Notes under the pieces: model-generated
Database searches by the model: none
Seen by the model: the letters and a program-made list of their open reading frames with translations, nothing else
Told to the model about the DNA's origin: nothing
From: Malacoraja senta
Taxonomy: Eukaryota
Direction: 5' to 3'
DNA: 64,000 nt
NCBI GenBank assembly: GCA_038087875.1
Contig: CM075997.1
Coordinates: forward strand, 2,544,001-2,608,000
Program-made: the position numbers and the translations under genes
Shown here: in pieces, positions 24,221-37,300 of the stretch
How the letters are laid out: every line of letters begins with the position of its first letter
Numbering within the stretch: the stretch's first letter is position 1

Positions 24221-25535
24221 CGCTATACAAATATTGTATTTGTCTCTTTGGAATGCGATGATTCCACATCAATAATTTTATATTGGTAATACGTTAAAAA
24301 GTTGATACATTAAAACGTTGATACATTATATTGGTAATACGTAAAAATCTAGCCTCACACTGCTTGTGCCAACTACACTTTGAATTTCAAATTTCTTGTC
24401 ACATCCACCATGCCTCTGCAAACTTTTCATGCCATTATTGCATTTTCTAATCCGTGATAATGCTGTTGTGCTGTAATTTTGCACATCCCTGCTCTTCAAT
24501 ATATACCACAGAGAAATTATTTTCTCCAGCCAACTCTATCTCATTGTTTTCTAAATCAGGAAGTACTGTGACCGATTTTAAATTGAAGAGACAGAATTAC
24601 ATCTGCCAGTCCTTTCTGATTGTCCCAAGTCTCGTTATGATTGCATTTGGTCTTCGCTATTTGTGTGTAATACCATGGGAAATTAGCTGGTCTAATACAT
24701 ATTCAATAAGGCATAAAAACATACCACCTATTCAGAAGAAATTCTGGGACTCAAAACATGTCAGAATTGGTACATCCGCAGGCTACAGCATGAGGTTCAG
24801 GTCTCTGGAGAAACTAAACAATCCTGATATAGTCTGTATTGGATAGAAGACACCTCAAGCACGTACCCAGAAAAGATAGAGAGCAGCAAAGCATGTACTG
24901 TACAGCACAAGCACACTGTCCATTATTTTTCCTTCAATGATTGTACCTACTGCACTGATTCAAATGTCTCTTACAACATTGTGTTATCATTGTGGATGTA
25001 CTCACATCTCAAGGACTATAGCAGTTTAAGAACGCATCTCACCACCACCTTCTCAACAGCAAACGGGGGGGGGGGTAGGCAATGGTGACATGCCCATATA
25101 ATCAGTGTTGGGCCCAGGACAGATCTTCAGAGATGTGCATGTCCAGGAACTTGTTGACTCTCTAAACCACCATTCTGCCAATTAAGACATGTTGATGGAC
25201 CCTTAGCCTTCCCTTCCTGAACTTAACAATCAGCTCTTTAACATGAAAATCAAGATTGTTTTTCTGGCACCATTCAATCAGATTATCGATCATACCCTAA
25301 CGCATCACTACCTGTTATTCTTCCAACAATGGTGAATTTAGAGATGGCATTGGAGCTGTGTGTGGCCTTATAGAGAATGATTGTCAGTGCAGAGGAAGTG
25401 CTGTTTGAGTTCTGCCGTTGAGGAAGTAGAGGAGGATCCAAACACATTGGGACAAGCGGAGACCCAGTTCCCTGCATATGACAATAAGTTTAGAGGGGAT
25501 GTCTGCTTCTCAATTTTCCTAGTTCTGAAGGAAGG

Positions 25536-25750
25536 TTTAATTTAGTTTAGAGATACAGCGTTGAAACAGGCCCTTTGGCCCACCGAGTCCGCGCCGACCA
25601 GCAATCACCCCGTACACTAGCACTATCCTACTCACCAGGGACAATTTACAATTTACAGAATCCAATTAACCTACAAACCTGCACATCGTTGGGATGTGTG
25701 AGGAAACTGGAGCACCTGGAGAAAACTCACGTGGTCACAGGGAGAACCTA
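25536..25750 (-). mobile_element. HE1/V-SINE 3' part
   Basis: Reverse-complement match to the consensus tail and V-domain. Confidence 0.8.
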
Positions 25751-25754
25751 TTGA

Positions 25755-26000
25755 TTCAATAGACAATAGACAATAGACAATAGGTGCAGGAGTAGTCCAT
25801 TCAGCCCTTCGAGCCAGCACCGCCATTCAATGTGATCATGGCTGATCATCCCCAATCAGTACCCCGTTCCTGCCTTCTCCCCATATCCCCTGACTCCGCT
25901 ATTTTTAAGAGCCCTATCTCGCGCTCTCTTGAAAGCATCCAGAGAACCTGCCTCCATATGAGGCAGAGAATTCCACAGACTCACCACTCTCTGTGAGAAA
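25755..26000 (-). mobile_element. CR1-type LINE 3' fragment
   Basis: FSQRVVSLWNSLP; (caataga)n tail. Confidence 0.8.
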
Positions 26001-26184
26001 TTCAAATTATACTTTGACAGCAGAAAGAAAAGAAACTCAAATATACTTCTTGTCGTCAGAGGGAAATCAACATCCATGTTCTATTCATACAAAGAATGGC
26101 AGTAAAAGAAAGTATAGAAGCAGCTGCTTAATAATATACCCATTTCAGAACTGGTCACATTTCCATTAATGTGCTTCACCCTGC

Positions 26185-26488
26185 TGCAAGAGTTGCTGCC
26201 TAACAGTGACAGAGACCCGGGTTCAATCCCGACTACGGGTGCTGTCTGTACAGAGTTTGTGCGTTCTCCCTGTGACCGCATGGGTTTTCTCTGGGTGCTC
26301 CGGTTTCCTCCCACACTCCAAAGACGTACGGGTTTGTAGGTTAATTGGCTTCCGTAAAATTGTAAATTTTCCCTAGTATGTAGGATAATGCTGGTGTACC
26401 GGGATCGCTGGTCGGTGTGGCCTCGATGGGCCGAAGTGCTTGTTTCCACACCGTATCTCTAAACTGAATTAAACTAAACTAAACTAAA
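26185..26488 (+). mobile_element. HE1/V-SINE
   Basis: Same consensus with (taaac)n tail. Confidence 0.85.
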
Positions 26489-27149
26489 ATTCTTCCTGGG
26501 TGCCTACCAAATAGCAACTGTTATAAGACAATAAGATATTCCGCCAGATACTCTGAAATTATTTAGTCACGCACCTAATGTACCTCTGTTATGAGGCATT
26601 GTCAGGGAAAGGCCAGCTGCTTCCTTATAGGGAAGTAATACTGGAGAGGGTAGTAAACAAGGGGAGGTAGAGGATTATATTCGGCTCCGTTCCTCTATCT
26701 AATAAACAGCTGTTTCCAAAGAGGCATTACTGGGACCTAGCTGCAGAAAACAATAAAAGCAGAGCAAAAAAAATATTATTTTCCTTAAGGAGAATTAGAA
26801 ACATTCCAAATCATGAGTTAATCGATATGTCTATAATTCTATGAAATTGCTATGCTTATGAAAATTTGACATTTGGGTGACAAAGGGTCTGAAGAAGGAT
26901 CTCGACCCAAAACGTCACCCATTTCTTCTATTTAGAGATGCTGCCTGAGTTAATTCAGCATTTTGTAATGGTAGTTGGCTTAACTTCCCTACTATTGACT
27001 GGGACTGTCATTGTGCAAATTGATTAGGTGGGGAAAAGTTTGTGAAGTGTTCTGCAAAGTTTTCAGAGACAATATGTGCATGGCCTAAGTGCAGATGGGG
27101 CTACACTTGATCTCCTTTTAGGAATAGACCTGGGGAAGCACTTGCTGCT

Positions 27150-27475
27150 TATATAAAGATAGATAAAGATGAATAGAAACACAGGAAAGCATAGAAATGA
27201 AACTGAGTATTCAAGCATCAAGCCCATTCTTTCTAAAATCACGTCCGATGATGCTGAACTCCATTTCTGACTATGCTTACTTTGTTGAGGAAGGTTCTGC
27301 AAACTTACTTTCTGTTCTGCTAAGATACTCCGGATAGCATATTAAAATAGATGACTTCCCCTTTCTGTTACCATTCGTCTTTAAACCATCAGCAGTTCTA
27401 ATTATATTTTGTTTTGCTAATCTTAAGAGGGTCACAACAGAACTCCTTGTGGCACTTGTAATCAGCAAACAATTG
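27150..27475 (+). promoter_or_regulatory. Candidate promoter and non-coding first exon of the RNase T2-like gene
   Basis: TATATAAA at 27150-27157, GAAATGAAACT at 27194-27204, and a strong donor g|gtaagt after 27475. The ATG exon has an acceptor at 28281, so an upstream exon is likely. Confidence 0.4.
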
Positions 27476-28305
27476 GTAAGTAGTCTTGCTGTTTTTCGTC
27501 TGATTTGTGTCGTTGATGTTGTGATAGTGTCCTTTTCCATTTTGAGAGTCAGTGCTGTGCATTTGGTTCCTTTAAAAGAACCATTTAAACTGTGGCAAAG
27601 TGCATTTAATTTACAAAACTAATTTTTTGCAAATGTATGCCCTCTGTGGGGAGCCCAACCATTCAGGTACTCGTCTTAGGAAATTGTAGGTCTGATTTCT
27701 ACGATATGTTATCTTCTAAAATAAATGAAACAGAACTTGGGAGGTATGACCAATTGGCCCTTATGCCTGCAAATGGAAAGGTGAATTTGGCATTTATTTA
27801 AAAACTGGAAGTAATGGATAATCATGTTTTAAAAGAAGCATGTTGCAATGTGTCCTTTAATCACTGCTATTAAATCTGTGAACAGAAGCAAACACTTATT
27901 AGTTGTGCTGCTGCAAGTGGGAATTGTTCTGTTTCGGGACATATGACAATGAAACACTCTTGACTTGATTCTCAAGGTTCAATTCAAAGCTACTTTATCG
28001 TCACATATACTGTGGTGCATGAACTGTGGTACTTTTTTGCATACAGTTCAGTAAAAAATATTACTATACATACGCACAATCGTAGTTAAGTACAAGTGTA
28101 TAGGAATAGTAGATTATACTGAGACAATATACAAGAGTCGCAATGTTTCTGGTGCCATTTTTCACGATTCTTGACTAAATGACTCTTGGCGATTGCTATT
28201 GTGCTAATTTATTACGAACAGAGTTTTTTTTTTTTAAATTCCCAACAGTATTATTAATTGATATGTTCCATTTTTTTGCAGGAGAACAGTGACTGTGTTT
28301 CAGTC

Positions 28306-28388
28306 ATGTCCTTGTACGCTGCAATATGTTTGGTTGTGCTTTTTGACCCAATAGGTACCACAATAATTCAGACTGATGTTTTCGACAG
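28306..28388 (+). CDS. rnaset2l: RNase T2-like coding exon 1 (MSLYAAICLVVLFDPIGTTIIQTDVFD; signal peptide-like)
   Basis: Acceptor tttttttgcag ends at 28281; ATG at 28306; donor ag|gtaggt after 28388; phase 2 matches the next exon. Confidence 0.8.
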
Positions 28389-31300
28389 GTAGGTTCAGTG
28401 CATTACTGTTTACTGCAGCTGCTATTCTAAATTTAGTACCTAAAAAAATTGCAGAACTCTACATTTCAGTGTCTCGTTGTTGCAATGTAATCTTTCACAC
28501 AGTATTCAGAGAGCAAATAACAGCAGATGTGAAAAAAATAGACAATGCTGGAAATGCTCAGTAGGTCAGTTGGCATCTGTGATGAATGACTTTCGCAGTC
28601 TAGCCATTGAGTTGCTGCAGGGTTTCCTGCTCTTTGTAGCTTTTGTTCTACCAGCGGGCTCTTCTTTTGAGAATAAATTATTTGTGCTTTCTTTGTATTT
28701 GAGCCTGATTCACTACTTAGAAGAATGTCTTGAACACGACGGATTCACAGAGTTTTACCATATTCTTCTCATCCCTTCTCTGAACTCTATTGCAAATTAG
28801 CTAACTAGGCAGAATTTAAGTAGAACCTTTGTTTTCTGCACTGCTTAGTACCAAATGAAAAATATAGGTCTCAAGGAAAATCCACATGCACAACAATCAA
28901 TTATCAATCCAAAATTTCAGGCCTCAAAATTCTGCATGAATTTTCCTAATTTAATGCTTTAGAATGGGAAGGAGAGCACTGAACGCTCAAACTAACAAAA
29001 AAGCAAATGGCCCTTTTCAAACATCTCCTTGAGAGGTCAAATAAGATGCAGCCAGAATTAAAATGGGAAATCTTTAGCAAAATTTCAGGGTCACATTTTA
29101 CTCTTTCAAAATAGAAATCACAGTTCCTCATTGTATGAACTTTGTTTTAAAGCTGCAAGTGGAAGTGTTTGCTATTTGCTCAACTGTGGCCAGGATCATT
29201 CTGCATGGTAAGAATTTTGCAAATAAATGTTATATGTATATTTTTTTGTAAAGCTAAGTTTAAATGGTTGAATCTGTAAAGTACAGAACCCTTGGGATAC
29301 GACTGGTTGAAATATTGTCCATTATTTTGTTGGTACCTCATATTCAGTGCAAAAGCCAGATGGAGGCGTTGTGCAAAGGTCATGTGACAAGCAGCGTGCT
29401 TCATTTAAACTAATATTTCAATTTGACGAAGAACAAATATATTTTTCAAAAAATATTTTTAAAACAATTTTCTGGCATTTAGACTTCAGAGATTTCTAAG
29501 TAAGCCAGTCAAATGTGTAGGAAGGAACTGCAGATGTTGGTTTACACTGAAGATAGACACAAAATGCTGGAGTAACAGTGGGAAAAGAGTCTGAAGAAGG
29601 GTCTCAACCCGAAACGTCACCATTCCTTCTCTTTAAAGATGCTGCCTGGCCCGCTGAGTTACTCCAGCAATTTGTGTCTAAGCCAGTCAAATACTTGATC
29701 AAAACCAATGCAGATGCATTAGAGGAACAGACTGGATGTCTGAAACAAATAAAAAATCTAGGTGCATTTGAGATAGCTTAAATGTTTCTCTGAGAAGACT
29801 CAAGAAATGTTGCTTTATATAGTGGGTTAAATTAGAATCCTGGACTTCCCTCAGGTAAAACAGACACAACTGAATGGCCTTATTTTAAAAGTTTGTTCAG
29901 CTGTGATCGGTTGGTGTTTTATACAAAGTACCAAATGTATAGCGTGTGTAATTCTCTGACAACATCAATCAGATTTTAAATAGCACCTCTAATATATTAA
30001 AATCTTAAATGCTTCAATAGGGAATCTTCATCAATTGTTAAAGAAGAAATGAGCATCAAGCCATATGAAGTATTCAACAAAGATGCCCAAAGTTTTGGTC
30101 AATGAGATAGATTTTAGGCTGTGTTTCAAATAAAGAGAGAGTGAGAGAAAGAAAGAGATATTTAGAGAGGAAAATCATGAAATGTAAATCTTTACCAGCA
30201 TGAGCAACATATTAATAAGTAAGAATAAAATCAAGAGCAGTTCCACCAAGCTAGACATTACAGAAGATTGTTCCCGATGTTGGGGAAGTCCAGGACAAGG
30301 GGTCACAGCTTAAGGATAAGGGGGAAATCCTTTAAGACCGAGATGAGGAAAAACTTTTTCACACAGAGAGTGGTGAATCTCTGGAACTCTCTGCCACAGA
30401 GGGTAGTTGAGGCCAGTTCATTGGCTATATTTAAGAGGGAGTTAGATGTGGCCCTTGTGGCTAAGGGGATCAGGGGGTATGGAGAGAAGGCAGGTACGGG
30501 ATACTGAGTTGGATGATCAGCCATGATCATATTGAATGGCGGTGCAGGCTCGAAGGGCCGAATGGCCTACTCCTGCACCTATTTTCTATGTATCTATGTA
30601 TCTATGAGTTGCAGGAGGATTAAGTAGCCAACTTTATTGAGGGTACTGGTGTGTCAAGTAGGATATGGAGGGATAGGTTATGGCTACTCATAAATGGAAG
30701 AATGTGACTTTAGTAAGCGCTGCACCAAGACTGTGAAAGAGCAGGGAAGTAGGTTGGAAGGATTCACATGGGAAAGATAAGCATGAATTTTGGAAGTGAC
30801 AACATTTTCAGAAACATTGAAGCAGAAATGTTCAAGCAGAAATTTCTTGTTTTTTAAAGTAAGTGTTATGGCTACTCATAAATGGAAGAATGTGACTTTA
30901 GTAAGGCTGCACCAAGACGATAATACCCACCAGCAAAATGTTATTATTCAAGTGAGGGGAAAGATTTAATAGGAAAAGGAGGCACAACTTTTTTACACAA
31001 AAATATGTAGTAGTTGAGGCAGGTACTATCACAACATTTAAAAAACATTTGACAAGTACATGGATAGGTTAGGTTTCGAGGGATCCACGCCAAACACAGG
31101 CAGGTGGAGGTGGGACTAGTGTAGATGGGGCATGTTGGTCGGTGTAGGCAAGTTGGGCTAAAGGGCCTGTTTCCACACTGTGACATAACTATGACTCAAA
31201 GTCTCTTATGAGAAGGAAAGGCACAACATGCTGAACTAACTCAGCAGGTCAGGCAGCATCCCTGGAGTACACGGATAGATGACATTTCTAGTCGAGAACC

Positions 31301-34300
31301 TTCTTCAGACTTAAAGTAATCTGCACTCCCATTATTTGTCAATTTAGTTCAGATATAACTGAACAACTATAATGTAAAAACAAAATTATGGAAAAAAAAG
31401 CCCCAAAAAAGTTGTTTCTGTTTCTGAATCTAGACTTTGCCAAAACAAGACTGCAGGATTCCGGAGCATGTGGATGGATGGACTATACATGGACTCTGGT
31501 AATTAGGATCAACTATTAACTATCCATTGTCTATTTTTGCCAGGTTGAAGTGTTATCATATCTGGAACCTGTAGGTTTCAACTGTCAAAGGCATATTGCA
31601 AAACGTACAAAAGATATTTTCACACAAATCATCTTAAAAAAATACCTTTGTGCTTATATCATCCATAAATAAAAATCTGTTTCATGTTGGATAAATTGGA
31701 TGCTGCGAGCATTGTTCTAGTGGTACAGTGTTTTGTTATATTTTGGGGTACAGTGCAATCTGAATCACCTTTTTCAACAAAATTATGGAAAGGCACATGG
31801 TTACAGCTCAAGCTCAATTAAATTATCACACAGTTTACCAAAAGTAGCACCTTCATTTGATCTCAAACTGGAGGGACACCATCCACAAAATCCTTCAATT
31901 CCTCTGGCAGGATCACAATGGCGCAGCTGGTAGAACTGCCACCTCACTGCGGCAGAGACCCGGGTATAATCCTCGTGTGCTGTCCGTGCGACACTTACAC
32001 ATTCTCCCTATGACTACTTGGGTTTCCTCCAGGTGTTCTGAATTCCTCCCACACCCCAGAGACGTGTGGGTTTGTAGGTTAATCAGCCTTTGTAAATTGC
32101 CCCTAAAATGTAAGCAGTGGATGAGAAGGTTGGATAACATAGAACTAATGTGAATGGGTGTTCAGTGGTTGGCATGGGCTAAAGAACCTGTTTCCATGCT
32201 GTATCTTGCAATCGTGCAAAATAATGTGCACCCACTCTGAAGAGTCTTGGCCCAGAGTCCCTTATTACACACAGTGGTCTCCAATAAGCAGGATGTATTG
32301 TTTGTCTGCCTGACACCAGACTCCTAAAGTATAAATTATTTTCTGAATTCAGTCATAACAGTTTACCAGGTGGATTCTGTAGAAAATTCAATGATATTCT
32401 CCAAGCCACTTTGAAAGAATATAACATTACCACTGACTCAAGGAATCCAAAGTCTATGACTGTTCAAGATGAGAAGCAGTATTTCAGTTTCAGTTTAGTT
32501 TATTGTCACATGTTCCGAGGTCCAGTGAAAAGTTTTTGTTGCATGCTATCCAGTCAGCGGAAAGACAATACATGAGTATTTGGGATGGCATAGAGAACTT
32601 CAACGCCATATGTTTGGAGCCTACAAAAGCCAAACATAAACTTGGAAGGAGTGTATTATCTGGAAGTGAAAGCAAGACATCCTCAAATCACAAGGAGGGG
32701 AAAAAAAGAAATGCAAAACCAAAACAGATTGCGTTTTATAGTTGGAGGTCACACCCAGCAAATCAGGTCAAATAGTTGAATAGAGTCATACAAGTAATAA
32801 TCAATGGGATAGGAGTTTCCTATCTTATTCCTCAAGCCTTTGCAGCCACCTTCTCAAAGAAGCATAAAATGTTTGATCAATCCCTACTACCTTCTGAGGT
32901 CGCTGCAATCACTGAATCTAGACAGTATGATATCAAGAAAAGGTTGCAAGAACTGGGTACTGTAAAAGCTATTGACTTCAACAATAAATGGTGCTCCAGA
33001 ACCTGTCAAATTTCAGGCCAAACTACAACACTGACCATTTTCTTGCCAGTGTGCAGTCAACAAAAAGCAAAGAAACTTCAATCCAGTTCATTAGTTCCCC
33101 ATCCACTTAGCCCCACAAATTAGCAGACTGAATGAATCATCAAAAGTACTATCAGGAGGATTTACCTACTTATAAACTATTCCCAGATGCTCAATTGGAT
33201 TCCACCAGGACTACTAAGTTTCAGGTCTCATTATAACCTTAATTGAAACATTCCAGAGGTGTGGTGAGAGTGAGGTATGGATAACCGATCTTTGTAAAAT
33301 TTGTCAATGAGAATCTGAGTGTATACTCTTTGCTGACTAGAAATATGAACACAAAGGAAGATGGTTATGGCTGTTGGAGGCAAATCACCTCAGCCCTTGA
33401 ACTTGGACAAGGGAATTCTTCATAACCTCCCCTCCATAAAGGGCCTGTCCCACTTTCACGACCTAATTCACGACCTTTTTAACTCGTGGACATTTTTCAT
33501 CAGGCTAGAAAAACACCCCGACCTACTTGATGCCACGAGTACCTATGACTAGCATCACGGCCTGCTACGACTTACCTACAACCTCGTGACGACCATGCTG
33601 CAAGAGTGAGTCAAGGGCAAACTCGGCAGAGGTCGTGAATTAGGTCGTGAAAGTGGGACAGGCCCTTAAGAAAGTTTGAAATATTACCTGTGTAGGCAGG
33701 AACTGCAGATGCAGGTTTACACCGAAGATAGACACAACATGCAGGAGTAACTCAGCAGGACAGGCAACATATCTGGATAGAAGGAATGGGTGACGTTTCA
33801 GGTCGAGACTGAAGTCTGAAGAAGGGTCTCGACATGAAACGTCACCCATTCCTTCTATCCAAAGATGCTGCCTGTCCAGCTGAGTTACTCCAGCATTTTG
33901 TGTCTATCTTAGAAATATTAGCTAATGATTGCACAATGATTGGTTGCATTTGTAACACCTCATATAATAAAGCAACGTGTACACACATGCAGAAAGAATT
34001 GCATCAAATTTAGACATGGACTGTTAAGTGACAAATAATATTTGTGAGTTCCAGGCAGAGACCATTGCCCAACAATAGAGTGCCCAACCACCTTCACTTG
34101 ACATTCATCAGCATTATCATCCTGCGCATTGCCACTGACCATAATCTTAACAGGGCCAGCTATATAACCAAAGTTCTCAACGGCAATTATGCTAGCCTTA
34201 CCTGGGGCACACACATCTTATTTATGAATAAGAAAAATATTAAGAGGGGAAGACAGCCTGATCCCCTTGATCTTCTCCTGCCTCCTTTCCACAGTTCTTA

Positions 34301-37300
34301 TCCTTTTCCTCATGAGAGAGCTGTAGCATGCATCGATATAATGATTCCTTCCATGATCAGTGGCAAACACAGAATGGTTTGTGGACATCAGTAAAAGTCT
34401 TTCCTTAGTTGGGAAGGTTTCCTTATATTACAATGACAACTAATGCTTATTATATTATCTTTGTAGCTAGATTGGACCATCCCCCAGTACTAACAGTATT
34501 TATAAAGGCCATGTTTGGCAACTCGGGTATAGCCTGTGTTGGCCTAACAAGAAAAGAATCCGTTCTCATTCTTAATCCCAGCTGTTTGAGCTGAGATGTA
34601 AGAGAAAATACATTGGAAATATCAGGAAGAAAAAAGATGCTTCAAAAAAAATGCTGAACTTATTTTAAACAACATGTGATTATTTTTTTATTTGTTTATC
34701 TGGGTTGGTTAGCAATTATTTGGCTTTGGGGTTTTCTTGGAATGGTCAATGAGTGAACTGGCTCATAATTAGATTAGTAGCATTAGACAGATTAAATGGA
34801 TTTTACTGAATTGAATGATAGCTAGATTGTTGGACTTGACATGATGGATGGTTCGGACTAAATAATGTTATTTGTATTTTTTTCCAGGCCTAGTGGGCGC
34901 AAATCCTGCAATAAGACATGGCCTTTAACTCATGAGGACATTGACGTAAGGAGAAAAAAGTCAAATAAAGCACTGTCACTATTTTATTACAGTGCAGAAT
35001 AATGTGATACAATAACAAGTAGCAAAAAACAATATTAACCAGACAGATTAAATAACAATATTTGGTAATATTTAGTTAAATATGGATTAGAATTAAAAGG
35101 GTTGAATGTCACCACAATATCATTAGATTTGCACTGAAAGAAGTACTTAGTCTACATCAACTTCGGATTTCATTGAACTATGGAACAGAAAGTACCAACA
35201 TACTGATTTATAAATTTTGAGGACTCAATTTGGCAGATGTTTGAAAAAGTAAACCATAATTTTATCACATGAAAATTATTTAATGGTGGTCAAAAGATTT
35301 AACAGTATCACATTTCATGCTTTATGATCATTACTGCGATCTGAGCAATTAGCTGGCACTAACTGGATTGTTAATTATAATTAACACATCGCCATAGGAG
35401 TGGCTAACGTGAGTTTGTGAGCTGCAGCTGATTAAAACTTGTCGACAATTTACAAAGGAAATCATTATATCTGGAACCAGATCTTTCGTGCTTGATATAA
35501 GATACGGCTGTACTTGGCGTGAATGGTAAACATATTTTCAGATGCAGCACTAGAGGTCGAAAACATATTCTAATTCCATAAGGAACTAGGAATAAACTGA
35601 GACAACAGTGGGAGGGGGTTGTCACAGAGGTTAACATGGCCAGAGCTCAAGGCTAAGACATAACTGCAGGGAAGAAAATGTACAATGTCTTCACACATGC
35701 AGTTAAGGTAAATAAATAGACTTTCAAATGCCATCTCCAAACAACTCCATCACCAACAAACGTATATTATTTAATGCACACACCCTATCATCACCTACCA
35801 ACATCCTCTATTCATTATTGCTGGACCTATCTTTCGAATGGCCACTATGTTCTTACACAATTGCCATTATTTAAGTTTCACAAAACTAATCCTGTTGATT
35901 ACATACAGAGCTAGTTATTCAACTATAGCAAGCTGGTCATCCAAATGGACTACACAGCTTCAACATGTCACTTCCGCAAATCCACAGAAGGAGAATAAGT
36001 TGGTCACCTTTTCAATCTCTTCGTATATACACCCAAACATAATGTAGCCACTGACCTCAGATGCTTGCTCATTCATTAACGAGTCTATGGTCAATGGCTG
36101 AGCTGAGACCATTGATGATGAAGATGTGCTTAAACTTCACCCTCCTTCTTCAATCCACTTCTCCCTCATTCCACCATCCTCTGCTGACAAGAAGTAAATC
36201 TTAAAATTAAGTACAGATTCAGCAGCAAAAGTGAAAAGGAAGGAACTCTGTTACTCAATCGAACACTCACAACCATTCAGACATTCACAACCATTCAATG
36301 CATGGGTGGCAAGGTGAGGCAGCGGTAGGGTTGCTGCCTTACAGCGCCAGAGACCCAGATTCGAACCAGTTTGTACGGAGTTTGTACGTTCTCTCCGTCA
36401 CCTGCATGGGTTTTCTCCGGGTGCTCTGGTTTCCTCCTACACTCCAAAGACATACAGGTTTGTCGGCTAATTGGCTTCGGTAAAATTGTAAATTATCCCT
36501 AGTGTGTAGGATGGTGTTAGTGTGTGGGGATCGCTGGTCGGCATGGACCTGGTAGGCCAAAGGACCTGTTTCCGCGCTGTATCTTTAAACTAAACTGAAC
36601 AAAACTAAAAATTTGCAGCCAAACACCTCAGCTATCATATATCATGATATATCCACGTGGTTAGTAACTGGGTGCAAGTGACCTCTGGCCAGGGTAGTGA
36701 GAGTAGGTGACAAGTTTGCATAAATTCTGCAGGAGAGAATTAAGCTCATAGAATAATTTGATTGGTATGCAGAAGGAAATGCTTGGAGCATCAACAGGCC
36801 TGTGCGGAAATATGTATGACATGTCGAGGAACAATGGAGAATCCAGATCCAACACTGCACGCTGTGGTGGACTGGAAAGCCATTGTTTCCTACAGCCTCT
36901 ATATCTGTAAGCACAAGTTGGTCTGATGCCTCTGCAGTCTTTAGAAATGTGATGATGACTGCTTTAAATGGCAAGGTGATATTGCTGGGAGTCTTCCCAG
37001 TGCTCGACACTGGAGTTTACAACCGAGTTGTCATCAAGGTGATGGCTGCATCATTGACGTCCAATTTGGCAGCTCTGGTATCAGATCAGCATTCAATAAA
37101 AAACAATGTCATTATCTGTCTACACTGCATATTTGTAATGTGAGTAGGCATCATAGGAGTTTGATGCCCATCCTAGTATGGCAAGCGCTGAGCATAGCCT
37201 GCAACAATGTGTATCCACATCACTCTACACAACTTCAAAGCAAATCAGTACAAAACAATGGATCTACAATCTAAGTAGTTAAAAACCCATTATATAAAAA

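Noticed and set aside
24454..24846. 130-aa ORF in non-repeat DNA
   Set aside because: Non-ATG start, no motif, no splice support.
28355..28360. Alternative donor g|gtacca for RNase exon 1
   Set aside because: Phase 1 does not fit exon 2; the donor after 28388 is stronger and in frame.
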